Of a stretch of DNA of 64,000 nt, positions 9,840 to 19,327 are shown in pieces. The notes under the pieces are model-generated. The model saw only the letters and a program-made list of their open reading frames with translations, had not been told where the DNA came from and made no database searches. The number at the start of each line of letters is the position of its first letter. The first letter of the stretch is position 1. The position numbers were made by a program, and so were the translations under genes. Source of the stretch: SAR202 cluster bacterium. GTDB taxonomy: Bacteria; Chloroflexota; Dehalococcoidia; Lucifugimonadales; VXLM01. The stretch covers positions 8,353 to 72,352 of the forward strand of contig JAKUTR010000003.1 in NCBI GenBank assembly GCA_022448725.1, given 5' to 3'.

Positions 9840-10637
9840 TCACTTAGGAGTATACCTACCGTCCTCGTTTACCTCTACTTTTCCATCACTCTCAAGTTTG
9901 AGCAGATGTGCTTCAATCTGCATTTTACCGTTGCGCCTAAGATTGGTGTCTAATCTGGGGTATATCTTCAGCATCAAGCCATCTATAGATACAAATCCTT
10001 CGCAAACTAACTCGAAAATCTGTGTTTCACGCTTTAACCTGTGTTCGATTAGAGTCTCAATATTTCTCCTCGGATCAACAATAATCGGTCCGTGTCCAGG
10101 TGCTACCATGCTGAGGTCAAACGTCAGAAGTTTGCGAAGGGTATCCAGATAATCGGACATATCTCCTTGCCCTGGAATGACTGTCGTTGGGCTCCCTCCT
10201 AAGATAGTATCGCCTGTGAAGAGTACACGCTCATCATGATGAAAAACACATAAGCTACCCATGGTGTGGCCAGGTGCGTGCACATACTCAAGTGTGACCC
10301 CTCCAAGATCAAGCAGTTCACCATCTTTTACAACTCGATCAACCGAGGCACCCCGAATCGCTTCCTCTATAGAGCATTTCTCAAGAGGTGCACAAACGAT
10401 CAATCCTCCAGTTGCGTCAGCAAGCTTTTCCGCACCGCCCACATGGTCATGATGCCGGTGCGTGAGTATGATTTCCGTTATCTCCGGTCGACCTGCTTTA
10501 ATCCATTCACGTATAAGTAGATCAACCTCTCCATCCACGTCATGCCCACTATCAATGAAGACGGCTCGCTGGGCGACCACAAGGTACACTACGTTCCCTT
10601 GATCCCCCACCTCTATAGGGGTGATGGTTGAAGACAC
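9840..10637 (-). CDS. MBL-fold metallo-hydrolase
   Basis: THRHHDHVGG zinc motif. GTG start with SD GGAAGAGG 7 nt upstream. The gene ends 7 bp before the lysA start, so it is probably co-transcribed. Confidence 0.8.
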   Translation of the reverse strand: MSSTITPIEVGDQGNVVYLVVAQRAVFIDSGHDVDGEVDLLIREWIKAGRPEITEIILTHRHHDHVGGAEKLADATGGLIVCAPLEKCSIEEAIRGASVDRVVKDGELLDLGGVTLEYVHAPGHTMGSLCVFHHDERVLFTGDTILGGSPTTVIPGQGDMSDYLDTLRKLLTFDLSMVAPGHGPIIVDPRRNIETLIEHRLKRETQIFELVCEGFVSIDGLMLKIYPRLDTNLRRNGKMQIEAHLLKLESDGKVEVNEDGRYTPK

Positions 10638-10718
10638 CGTTACACCTCTTCCTAAGTTTAAGAAACGACTTTAACGTTTATACACACAAACAATACGTGA
10701 GTTAAAGATCAAGAATGT

Positions 10719-11591
10719 TCACACGTTCAGCAATACCAGCGCAATCCCAGCAAACGCCAAACCTAGAAAGTTAACACGCGACAATCGCTCTTTAAAAACT
10801 AAAATCCCCAAAAGGGCGGCTCCCAGGGTGGCACCTATGCCGTTGACAGGGAATGCTACAGTCCCCGGTAGAACCTCTGCAGCACGTACTAGCAGGTCAA
10901 TACTTGGGTAGTTAATTACTCCTAACAGAATGCTCCAAAGTATGGATCGACGGTCGGGCCAATGCCCATTACTAACACCTCTAAAAACAAGTGCTAGCAT
11001 CCCGAAGCAAGCGGCTGCTCCAAAAACCAATAAGGTGAATGCAGATGCATCAAATTTTCCCGAATACCATACTTCGAACGTTTTCATAGCAAGATCGGCC
11101 ATACCAACAAGTACGAAGACACCAATCAGGACGATCAACTTGAACATCGGTCCTTTTCTGACATCTTTATCTGCTCTACTGATGGTCTTTGCCAATAGTG
11201 CAAATGCCACAATCGCCAAGGTAACGCCCATAAGCTGAGGAATTGAAGGTACTTCGCTCCATACAAGCCAAGATGCTAGAAATGGAAGTACCACTGAGGT
11301 ACGCGCAACTCCTGTGACAATGGCCATACCGATCAACTTGATAGCCCAGGCAAAAACTGTGAAACCAATTACGAAGCTCGCCCCAACTACTATGCCAAAA
11401 ACTAGTAGTCCTTGATCATCAGCAAGGTACGTCAGGTCTCCCTGAACTGACTGAACGGAGAGCCCGACTGCCGCAGCAACTACATAACCTACGGCTATTA
11501 AGGTCAACCGGTCAGCATTACGTTCCCCTGCCACTTTGAATATGACAGCGATGCCTATCGAAGCAAGTATCGCGAAGAATAGGAAGATCAA
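10719..11591 (-). CDS. DMT-superfamily (EamA-like) membrane transporter
   Basis: 290 aa, almost entirely hydrophobic, with about 10 predicted TM spans arranged as two similar halves. TTG start. Confidence 0.6.
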   Translation of the reverse strand: MIFLFFAILASIGIAVIFKVAGERNADRLTLIAVGYVVAAAVGLSVQSVQGDLTYLADDQGLLVFGIVVGASFVIGFTVFAWAIKLIGMAIVTGVARTSVVLPFLASWLVWSEVPSIPQLMGVTLAIVAFALLAKTISRADKDVRKGPMFKLIVLIGVFVLVGMADLAMKTFEVWYSGKFDASAFTLLVFGAAACFGMLALVFRGVSNGHWPDRRSILWSILLGVINYPSIDLLVRAAEVLPGTVAFPVNGIGATLGAALLGILVFKERLSRVNFLGLAFAGIALVLLNV

Positions 11592-11827
11592 TTATGAAAG
11601 TAGTGCTCAGGTAATTTGGTGAACAACAGTTTAATTAAGGTTAGGCATACGCATAACACATGCACAGTATTGTGCACCAAGTTACCGACGAGGAAAAGTA
11701 GGTGAAAACTGTAATCGAGATACCGAATCTCAACTGAGTAGCAAATACCAGCAAATTCGTGATCACAATAGGGAAGGATGATACAATGCGCAGCGATAGG
11801 TCAACACAACAGTAAAGGGAGATAGCC

Positions 11828-12019
11828 TTGTCGTTCGTATATCTACGTGAAGGAGAAGAAGGTGAGGGGTTACTTCGCCGCTTCCAAAGCTCGATGCAAC
11901 GATCAGGGATACTCAGAGAGTTACGTAACCGACGCTACTTCCGATCAAAGGGTGAACAGGAACGTCTAGACAAAGCACGGAGCCTCCGGCGTATTCGACG
12001 GCGTCGTATACGTCCCTGA
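11828..12019 (+). CDS. rpsU: 30S ribosomal protein S21
   Basis: 63-aa basic protein with S21 blocks (LLRRFQSSMQRSGILRELRNRRYF...KGEQERL). TTG start with SD AGGGAG 6 nt upstream. Confidence 0.9.
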   Translation: MSFVYLREGEEGEGLLRRFQSSMQRSGILRELRNRRYFRSKGEQERLDKARSLRRIRRRRIRP

Positions 12020-12152
12020 CCGTCGTCCCGTCTCCCTGAATAGATCTGTAGAACTCGTCTTTACCCGCGTTGTATAGCTACCCGGATCCGGACTTTCGCT
12101 ATGCACTAATTTCCCGAAGCTGGGATACTCCTCCTAATTGTCGCTGTTGACA

Positions 12153-13250
12153 TCATCCCACCCTCAAATCTTTCAGTGCCTCATCGTTCAACTCTATACC
12201 CAGACCCGGTCTTTCTGGAGGGTGTACTACTCCGTCATCAACACGCAAAGGCTCCTTACACCAAAGATCGTACATAGGATCAGTCGAAGCACGATAATAC
12301 TCAACAGTTAGACCATTTGGTACGCCAGCCACAACATGAACACCAATATCCTGATTGCCATGAGGTGATATCGGAAGATCATGGGCATGTGCCATCGCTG
12401 CAACTTTCTGTATCTCTGTGATGCCTCCCATAATCAATGGGTCGGGTTGAAGAATGGAAACACAACGCCCCTCAATGAGATCACGGAATCCATATCGCGT
12501 GTACTCATTCTCTCCAGTCGAAATAGGAATTGATGTCGATTGTGAAACAAGCTTATGCCCCTGGTAATCGTCAGGATTGACAGGTTCTTCAAACCAGAAG
12601 ACGTCATATGGTTCCATCTTCTTAGCAATCTTGATAGCGTCGTAGTGACGATATGCTGCATTGGCATCGACCATTAAGTCTATATCAGGTCCAATTGCCT
12701 CTCTTACAACCCTCACTCGCTCGACATCTTCATTAATCGGAGCCCCGCCAATCTTCATTTTCACAGCTTTAGCTCCAATGGATACGCTCTCGGTCATCTC
12801 ATCTGCAAGATCCTTTAGACCTTTACCTTCCTCATAGTACCCTCCGGCGATATATACCGGGACGGAATCTGAGAAACCTCCAAGGAGTTTGTATACCGGC
12901 ATATTCGCAGCTTTGCCCTTCACATCCCAAAGGGCATTATCGATAGCACTAATGACCCGAGTCGTGAGGCCCCTGCGTCCTATCAACTTAGGCTGCCACA
13001 GGTTGTCCCATATTTTCTCATTCTGCAAAGGATCCTGACCAACGACAATAGGCTTAAACTGTTCCCCGATGGCCTGAAAAACACGTCCGTCATCCGTCAT
13101 ACCACCACCTAGTCCTATTCCTGTGATGCCTTCATCCGTCTCAATTTTGACAACATTCAGTCCGGCCTCAGCGTAGACATACATACCGTTACGAATAGGC
13201 TTGTCCCGCTTCCAGCGGTAGACCTCGGTAACAACGTTTGTAATCTTCAT
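12153..13250 (-). CDS. Enolase-superfamily enzyme (mandelate racemase/muconate lactonizing family, probable acid-sugar dehydratase)
   Basis: Start trimmed to MKITNVV (SD AGGGGG). KxK motif AVKMKIG; metal ligands in MVDANAAY, FEEP, TGENE. Confidence 0.85.
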   Translation of the reverse strand: MKITNVVTEVYRWKRDKPIRNGMYVYAEAGLNVVKIETDEGITGIGLGGGMTDDGRVFQAIGEQFKPIVVGQDPLQNEKIWDNLWQPKLIGRRGLTTRVISAIDNALWDVKGKAANMPVYKLLGGFSDSVPVYIAGGYYEEGKGLKDLADEMTESVSIGAKAVKMKIGGAPINEDVERVRVVREAIGPDIDLMVDANAAYRHYDAIKIAKKMEPYDVFWFEEPVNPDDYQGHKLVSQSTSIPISTGENEYTRYGFRDLIEGRCVSILQPDPLIMGGITEIQKVAAMAHAHDLPISPHGNQDIGVHVVAGVPNGLTVEYYRASTDPMYDLWCKEPLRVDDGVVHPPERPGLGIELNDEALKDLRVG

Positions 13251-13378
13251 GTAAAAACCCCCTGTGATCTTAGACGCGCGAAATTGTAGCACCTAACCTG
13301 ATGGCTACCCTAAAGGGGATTGACAAATACAGAACATTTGTACTATTATCAGCCGACATCCCTCCCAAGGAGACTAGA

Positions 13379-13603
13379 ATGCCTGTACAAGAAAGTTCAT
13401 CACTATGTCCACGGTGCCAAGGACCTGTATGGCAGGCTGCATCTGTTTATGACGATGACAAGTGCATCATATGTGGCTGGCGAAAAATAGCACTAAGCCT
13501 CGACGCGGTAAGACAAATAAGGATTTACACCGGGAAACCTCACATAGAAGACAGGTACCAAAGCCACCGCTCTTTTGCTGAAAAACCAACAGCCGCTGCT
13601 TAA
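13379..13603 (+). CDS. Small Cys4 zinc-ribbon-like hypothetical protein (74 aa)
   Basis: ATG 13379 is preceded by SD AAGGAG at 7 nt. It has two CxxC pairs (CPRC...CIIC). No family was recognised. Confidence 0.4.
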   Translation: MPVQESSSLCPRCQGPVWQAASVYDDDKCIICGWRKIALSLDAVRQIRIYTGKPHIEDRYQSHRSFAEKPTAAA

Positions 13604-13747
13604 AGGGTCAACAAGTGTTCGTTAGTCAAATCTTAAGAGAAGAAGTGAGTTCGCGCCGGTGTCCCGAACACTCTGATATCCTGAACGGCGGTCAATCTAT
13701 CATGCCTTAGGCTGTAAGAATCTGCATACGAGTTGTGGGGACACCAA

Positions 13748-14527
13748 ATGCTTACTCCTGACCAAGTCGACCACTTCGAAACATTCGGATTCCTCGTTCT
13801 AAAACAGGTATTTTCTAAAGACGAAGTGATGACCATGAGACGTGAAGCAGACGAGATCATGTCCGAGAAACGAAATGGAGCTCCCTTAGACCCTAACACT
13901 CGCCAAGCTGTTCAACCCTTCTTCGAGTACCGCCCGTTTCTTCACAGCCTGATCGCGGATGACCGAATATACGGAATCGCTGAAAGCATACTTGGCGATT
14001 TTTTCTTGATCGGTACCGAGGGTAATCTTCACGTCGGGCAGACCTGTTGGCATGGAGGCGGTGATAGTTATGAGTTACTTCCCAGTATAAAGATTGGCTT
14101 CTACCTAGAGCCACTGACAAGAGAGACTGGAGCCCTACGCGTCATTCCTGGAACGCACAAGGGTGAAATCGGCAAGAGATTAAACGTGTTGGAAGACCTT
14201 GGCTATCAACCAGATAAAAAGGTATGGGGCATGAACCAATGGGATATTCCAAGTGTCGCATTGGAGTCTCAACCTGGTGATATCGTTGTTTTTACAGAAA
14301 GCATCTACCATAGTGCATGGGGTGGACATGCTGGTCGCCATCAACATGCTATCAACTTTTTCAAGATGCCTGAAACTCAAAAACAAATCGACTATGTCCG
14401 GGGGTTGTATGAAGGATGGACCTACGCTCTACATCCCGCGACTAACAATATTGACCATGACAATCTGCGTCTCAGAAAGTTGGTCGCTCCGCTCCTCAAA
14501 TGGGGATTTAGCCCATACGAGATTTGA
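13748..14527 (+). CDS. PhyH-family Fe(II)/2OG enzyme with non-canonical HxG in place of HxD
   Basis: Paralog of 5248-6096 (shared FETFGFL, LRVIPGTH, DIPSVALESQPGDIVVF). The metal motif reads WHGGGD. The distal His (IYHSAWGG) and the Arg are retained. Confidence 0.8.
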   Translation: MLTPDQVDHFETFGFLVLKQVFSKDEVMTMRREADEIMSEKRNGAPLDPNTRQAVQPFFEYRPFLHSLIADDRIYGIAESILGDFFLIGTEGNLHVGQTCWHGGGDSYELLPSIKIGFYLEPLTRETGALRVIPGTHKGEIGKRLNVLEDLGYQPDKKVWGMNQWDIPSVALESQPGDIVVFTESIYHSAWGGHAGRHQHAINFFKMPETQKQIDYVRGLYEGWTYALHPATNNIDHDNLRLRKLVAPLLKWGFSPYEI

Positions 14528-14639
14528 CAGATAAGCGCTTCCAGTATCATAAGGTGGACTGATAACACCCACATATTCCACGACTTCCCCTATACTGCGA
14601 AAAGTTATAAAAAGACCACGCTGTGAATGAGGGTATTTT

Positions 14640-15575
14640 ATGAACCGCGACAAATTGCGTTCCCTGATAACGGGAGTCATCGCCACAGTTCCTACACCAT
14701 TCGACGAAAGTTACCGTGTCGATTATGGACGCATGGCCGAGGCTACCAACCACTGGATTGAAAATGGGGTCGTAAACGGTAAGGCTGTCATCAAGGTCGC
14801 TGCAGCAATGGGCGAGGGGCCGCAGCTTAGTGAAAGTGAGTGGTCAAAACTTATAAAAACAGTGGTAGAGACAACCGCAGGTCGCGCACAGGTGATGGCA
14901 GCTATCCATTACAAAGACACAGTCCGAACCATAGAAGATGCCAAGATTGCCACTGACCTCGGTGCCATTGGCCTTCAAGTATCTCCTCCTATCTTTAATC
15001 AACCAAGTGAAACAGACATGCTCCGCCACTTTAGTATGATCTCCGATGCGATTGACATCGGTATACTCGTATACAACACGCACTGGATGCCGGGTGGTGC
15101 GATCTACCCTGACACCTTTAGAAAGATGTCAGATTTTGAACAAGTGGCTGCTATTAAATGGAGCCCGCCTAGCGGCACCGAGTACGAGGACATCTTCGAA
15201 CTCAAGGATATCTTCAACATCATCGATAATGCTGATCGCCCAGCAGACTGTGGAAGACTAGGTGGACATGGATTCGTCTCAGATGGCATCGCAGCTTACC
15301 CCCCATTCTACGTAGGCACCTGGGACATGATACTTGAAGGCAAATACGAAGAGGCAGAAGCGCAATGGGATGCAGTCGTACGCCCACTGCGCGTTTTAGC
15401 CCACAAATGGGCTAGGATTTCCGGAGGAGAGGGCAGTTTCGAGAAGGCCCTCCAAGAAAACATGGGCATACCAATGGGACCGCCACGTCCACCCTCTATT
15501 CCAGTAGATGCCGAAAATATGAAAGAACTGAAACAGGCGATGATTGGATGGGGATGGCCAGTCCCAAACGCCTAG
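14640..15575 (+). CDS. Dihydrodipicolinate synthase/N-acetylneuraminate lyase family protein (class I aldolase-like)
   Basis: DHDPS-family TIM barrel pattern (TPF...; Schiff-base Lys context AAIKWSP). SD GAGGG upstream. Paralog of 22119-23054. Confidence 0.85.
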   Translation: MNRDKLRSLITGVIATVPTPFDESYRVDYGRMAEATNHWIENGVVNGKAVIKVAAAMGEGPQLSESEWSKLIKTVVETTAGRAQVMAAIHYKDTVRTIEDAKIATDLGAIGLQVSPPIFNQPSETDMLRHFSMISDAIDIGILVYNTHWMPGGAIYPDTFRKMSDFEQVAAIKWSPPSGTEYEDIFELKDIFNIIDNADRPADCGRLGGHGFVSDGIAAYPPFYVGTWDMILEGKYEEAEAQWDAVVRPLRVLAHKWARISGGEGSFEKALQENMGIPMGPPRPPSIPVDAENMKELKQAMIGWGWPVPNA

Positions 15576-15602
15576 CCATCAGTATGGATCAAGGAGAAGC
15601 AA

Positions 15603-16064
15603 TTGGCACAAGAATCTGTCGTGGACATTATTCATCAGCTTGAAAAGGCACATAGCCAAGTGGAGAGCGCATTGGAGGGCATAAGTGAAGATGACCTCCA
15701 CAACGCGCCTGCTGGCGAGTGGTCTATAGCCGAAATATGTGCTCATGTAATAGAGATGGGGCCGATGTGGATGTCAAAGATTGTCGACATTGACAATGTC
15801 CACGACCTTGAGCGGACGGCTAAGGAAATCGATCGTCGTACTGCGGAAGTTACCGCACATTCAAGTGATGACTTATCAACTATTAAACAGCGTATGACCT
15901 CCGCACATGGAGAGACCATGCGGCTCGTACGCCTAATAGACTCTGTCCATCTGGGAAAGATGACAAACCTTGGAACCGTTGGTAAGGCCATTACTGACAA
16001 ATTAGTGGCCCACGTCATTGAACACGCAGAGCAGATCAAGGCGACGAGAGGTAGCGCCAACTAA
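15603..16064 (+). CDS. DinB-family protein
   Basis: 153-aa four-helix-bundle-type pattern with conserved His positions (EICAHVIE...VAHVIEHAEQI). TTG start with SD AAGGAG 6 nt upstream. Confidence 0.65.
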   Translation: MAQESVVDIIHQLEKAHSQVESALEGISEDDLHNAPAGEWSIAEICAHVIEMGPMWMSKIVDIDNVHDLERTAKEIDRRTAEVTAHSSDDLSTIKQRMTSAHGETMRLVRLIDSVHLGKMTNLGTVGKAITDKLVAHVIEHAEQIKATRGSAN

Positions 16065-16203
16065 TCAAAGGCTCTTGTGCCTACCGATCTACTCCGCCCA
16101 TCACGATATCCAGTGAATCTCGGATTATCACCACATCAGCGATATACGTGTCCGTTAACATAAAAAGTATCCCTTTAGCTCAATTTCGCATCAGGAGCCA
16201 CTA

Positions 16204-17004
16204 TTGCCAACTACTTTAAAGCTACCCGCTTACCAAAGCTTAGAAGATCGCGTACATGCCATGCATAAAGAAGGCTTTGTTTACTTCCCTAACTACTTGA
16301 ACAAAGAAGAGATCAGAGAATTACGTCAATCCATGGAACACCTTACTCCAATAACCGAGAGCTTTGATAAGGAACTTTCCGTAAAACAACAAGGCTATTA
16401 TGAAAAAAGTATCAACAATGCATTCAACCGAAACGTTCTATTCTTAAACTATCTTGATCAAGCTGAGATCATCGATCTTGCAGAAGCAATCCACGGTCCT
16501 GATTGTCACAGTATTGGCATGACGGCATGGATGACTGGTCCAGGACGCCCTGACCAAGAACTGCATGCGGACTGGCAACCACTAAATCTACCAGAGGACA
16601 TTGCAGACGATCAGCGAGTCAAGACTCCTGTATTCGCTAGTACAACCCACTTCTACCTCGACGATGTCGACTGGCCTCTTGGCCCGACAATGTTCATACC
16701 TGGCAGTCACCGTGCAGGTCGGGCACCGAGTGGCGACACCCATTTCAAAGGACGTACCGAGGAAGGGATCATCTGTAGAGCGGGCGACGTTGTAATCTTC
16801 CGCAGCGAAGTTTGGCATAGGGGATCTGCCAACCACAGTGACCGGACACGGTATCTTCTCCAAGTACACTACGCTAATCGAATGATCACTCAAAAATTTC
16901 CACCGTACTTAAACAGGTTCCAGTTCAACCCTGATATCCTACAAACGGCAACACCTCGCCAGCGTAGATTACTGGGTGATCACGTTTCGGCTAGTTACGA
17001 TTAA
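16204..17004 (+). CDS. Phytanoyl-CoA dioxygenase (PhyH) family Fe(II)/2OG oxygenase, canonical
   Basis: ELHADW (HxD), VWHRGSAN (distal His), RTRY. TTG start with SD AGGAG 6 nt upstream. Confidence 0.85.
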   Translation: MPTTLKLPAYQSLEDRVHAMHKEGFVYFPNYLNKEEIRELRQSMEHLTPITESFDKELSVKQQGYYEKSINNAFNRNVLFLNYLDQAEIIDLAEAIHGPDCHSIGMTAWMTGPGRPDQELHADWQPLNLPEDIADDQRVKTPVFASTTHFYLDDVDWPLGPTMFIPGSHRAGRAPSGDTHFKGRTEEGIICRAGDVVIFRSEVWHRGSANHSDRTRYLLQVHYANRMITQKFPPYLNRFQFNPDILQTATPRQRRLLGDHVSASYD

Positions 17005-17180
17005 AGGATACATCTGGAAATCAAAAATGCTTACTGAATCTTTGATTCCACCGCTTGGAGCAATCTGCGGATTGATATGGATAATGGGCTTCTTTGGTTA
17101 GCTTAACAGCCCAGTGGTAGTTGACGGTCTTGCAATCAAACAGGTAACTCAATTAAAGCCAAAAGGAAGTAAGTGAGTTT

Positions 17181-17357
17181 ATGTCGAAAGATGTGTTCCT
17201 CGACCATCGAGGTTGGGAAGATCGTCAAATGAAACGAATGAGCTTGGACGCAAAGAAAAGTAATAACAACTTTGCGAAGACTGGGATGATATGTACTGGA
17301 GTTATATTGGGTATTTGGTTACTCGTGGGCTTCGTACAGTGTATTAGCGGCTCGTGA
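17181..17357 (+). CDS. Unlisted 58-aa tail-anchored membrane mini-protein (hypothetical)
   Basis: Read from the sequence: MSKDVFLDHRGWEDRQMKRMSLDAKKSNNNFAKTGMICTGVILGIWLLVGFVQCISGS. It has a purine-rich AAAGGAAGTAAGTGAG upstream and one C-terminal TM helix. It falls below the ORF-track length cutoff. Confidence 0.3.
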   Translation: MSKDVFLDHRGWEDRQMKRMSLDAKKSNNNFAKTGMICTGVILGIWLLVGFVQCISGS

Positions 17358-17392
17358 TTAACTATGATTAGCTCAGTGCAATCTAACTACTG

Positions 17393-18205
17393 CTAATTCG
17401 AAGAGAGTGCACCCTCTAAATACGCGCGAAACTCGCTAGGCTCGTGTAGCAAATACTGAAGTTCCATCGAAGGAAGCCGATACGGGTCAGAAGTCTCCGT
17501 TATGTAGCGTGCTGCAACTGGCGGACCTCCATCTGGCTCATCAAGACCGTCAACCTTGACTAGTTCGGCATACCGCATGGACTGACCATCCACCTTGTAC
17601 TCGGATCCAATGATCCACAGGCGACCGAAACGGTAACGCTTCTTCACTTCTGCCTCTGCGATACTACTCCAGCTTGTCCCGGTGAAAGCGAATTCTTGGG
17701 GCATAAAACCCAAATTATCTCTGATTACTTGGTTGCAGCGATCTAGTTCCTCTCTGATTCTATCCCCGGTTGGGTCTATCAAACTGAGTTCGCTAAGATT
17801 TGGATGGCTTACAGTGTGGGCACCAATGGTCCACCCCTCTTCACGAAGCTCTGCTATCTCTTCCCATGTCATATGTTCATACTGATCATTACCCCATGGA
17901 AGATCCCTATCATAGGTTTCGTCATATGGCCTAGTGTATACAAACGCGTTTCCAACAAAGCCGTGGGCTGATAGAGCATTGTGGCATTCGTATCTAAGAT
18001 TCTTGAACGGGTGATCGAAATCAAACATTATCGGGCGATCTGGCAACTTCTTTTCACCCAGTCGCCATGCCGCTAGATCATCGTAATTGATGGACTCAAA
18101 TCCCAGGTCAGCAGCTATGGACAAAAACGTCCGAAGCAGCTTAACAGTGAGCGGGTTCTCCCCATAGTCACGGATACCATGACACATCGTTATTGGGATA
18201 CGCAT
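17393..18205 (-). CDS. Polysaccharide deacetylase (NodB/CE4-like) family protein
   Basis: FDFDH and HTVSHPNL motifs. SD GGGGGA 5 nt upstream of the ATG. Confidence 0.7.
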   Translation of the reverse strand: MRIPITMCHGIRDYGENPLTVKLLRTFLSIAADLGFESINYDDLAAWRLGEKKLPDRPIMFDFDHPFKNLRYECHNALSAHGFVGNAFVYTRPYDETYDRDLPWGNDQYEHMTWEEIAELREEGWTIGAHTVSHPNLSELSLIDPTGDRIREELDRCNQVIRDNLGFMPQEFAFTGTSWSSIAEAEVKKRYRFGRLWIIGSEYKVDGQSMRYAELVKVDGLDEPDGGPPVAARYITETSDPYRLPSMELQYLLHEPSEFRAYLEGALSSN

Positions 18206-18358
18206 TTAATTCCCCCAGGCTGATAAATGAAATTATATAGCAGTAGTATGGATATCTATCCACACACCATCGAGTGAAGGGAGCACCAGCCTCTTGTCGG
18301 CAGTCACGCTAGCTACAAGACGTTAGGGCTCGCGAGTAAGGGTCCCGATAGCTGTTAA

Positions 18359-19114
18359 TCAAGTTGTGGATTCAGATGAGTTCACAACTCCAGCAAACTC
18401 TTTTGCTAGGTCAACTGCTGAAATTGCATTTTCACCGTACCCATCGGCACCCATGTCCTCAGCGAATTCTTGTGTCACCGGTGCGCCACCAACCATGATA
18501 GAAACCTCTTCCCGCAACCCCTCATCTTCAAAAGCTTCGATGACTCTACCCATATTAGGCATGGTGGTAGTCAAGAGTGCAGACATACCGAGAATTTTAG
18601 CTTCATGTTCTACCACAGCATCAATGAATTCTTCAGGCTTCGTGTCCACCCCAAGGTCTTCTACAACAAACCCAGAGCCTCGGAGCATCATGATGCACAG
18701 GTTCTTACCTATGTCATGTAAATCGCCCTTGACAGTCCCCATGATGACAGTGCCAATCGGCTCAACACCAGACGCAGACAAAATTGGCTCAATATGAGCC
18801 ATCCCTGCCTTCATTGCCCTCGCGGAGATCAAAACTTCCGGTACAAATATAATGTTGTCCCTGAACTTAACGCCCACGATTGCCATACCAGCAATTAGAC
18901 CATTGTCTAGCAAGTCATTCGCAGACCACCCTTCTTCCAAGCCCTTGGCAACGAGGCTAGCTACATCGCCATCGTTACCAGTTATTAGCGCATAAGCAAT
19001 CTCGTGCATCAAGGGATCCTGCCCTTCGTAAAGACTGCGAATATGCTTCTCTTCGACAGGGTTAGTTACGTAATCGAATTCTCGCTCTAGGGCCTCATGG
19101 TTGGTGGTCGGCAT
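18359..19114 (-). CDS. Cobalamin-binding corrinoid protein (methyltransferase cognate, MtbC/MttC-like)
   Basis: N-terminal helical cap plus a B12-binding Rossmann domain with the DxHxxG motif (GDLHDIGKNL), SALLTTTM and GGAP. Start trimmed to MPTTNHE (SD GGCGGAGAG). Confidence 0.85.
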   Translation of the reverse strand: MPTTNHEALEREFDYVTNPVEEKHIRSLYEGQDPLMHEIAYALITGNDGDVASLVAKGLEEGWSANDLLDNGLIAGMAIVGVKFRDNIIFVPEVLISARAMKAGMAHIEPILSASGVEPIGTVIMGTVKGDLHDIGKNLCIMMLRGSGFVVEDLGVDTKPEEFIDAVVEHEAKILGMSALLTTTMPNMGRVIEAFEDEGLREEVSIMVGGAPVTQEFAEDMGADGYGENAISAVDLAKEFAGVVNSSESTT

Positions 19115-19327
19115 GCCAATCTCTCCGCCTTTCGTGAAATATGCCACAAGCTAGGTATTATTCGGGTGTAACACTCCCAATGTCAATTATACCTACTCTG
19201 CATACAGCTCTTATCAGCCCTGTTCCACGACATTTGCACTACCACGGTAAAATTGATCAATCAGTAACTACAAGCTATGTAAACTTAAAATATGAGACCA
19301 GCCAACCTACAACCGGAGGATCGTGAA

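Noticed and set aside
12082-12091. CCGGATCCGG palindrome between convergent rpsU and the enolase-family gene.
   Set aside because: It has no loop, so it cannot form a stable hairpin. It is probably a chance palindrome containing a BamHI-type site.
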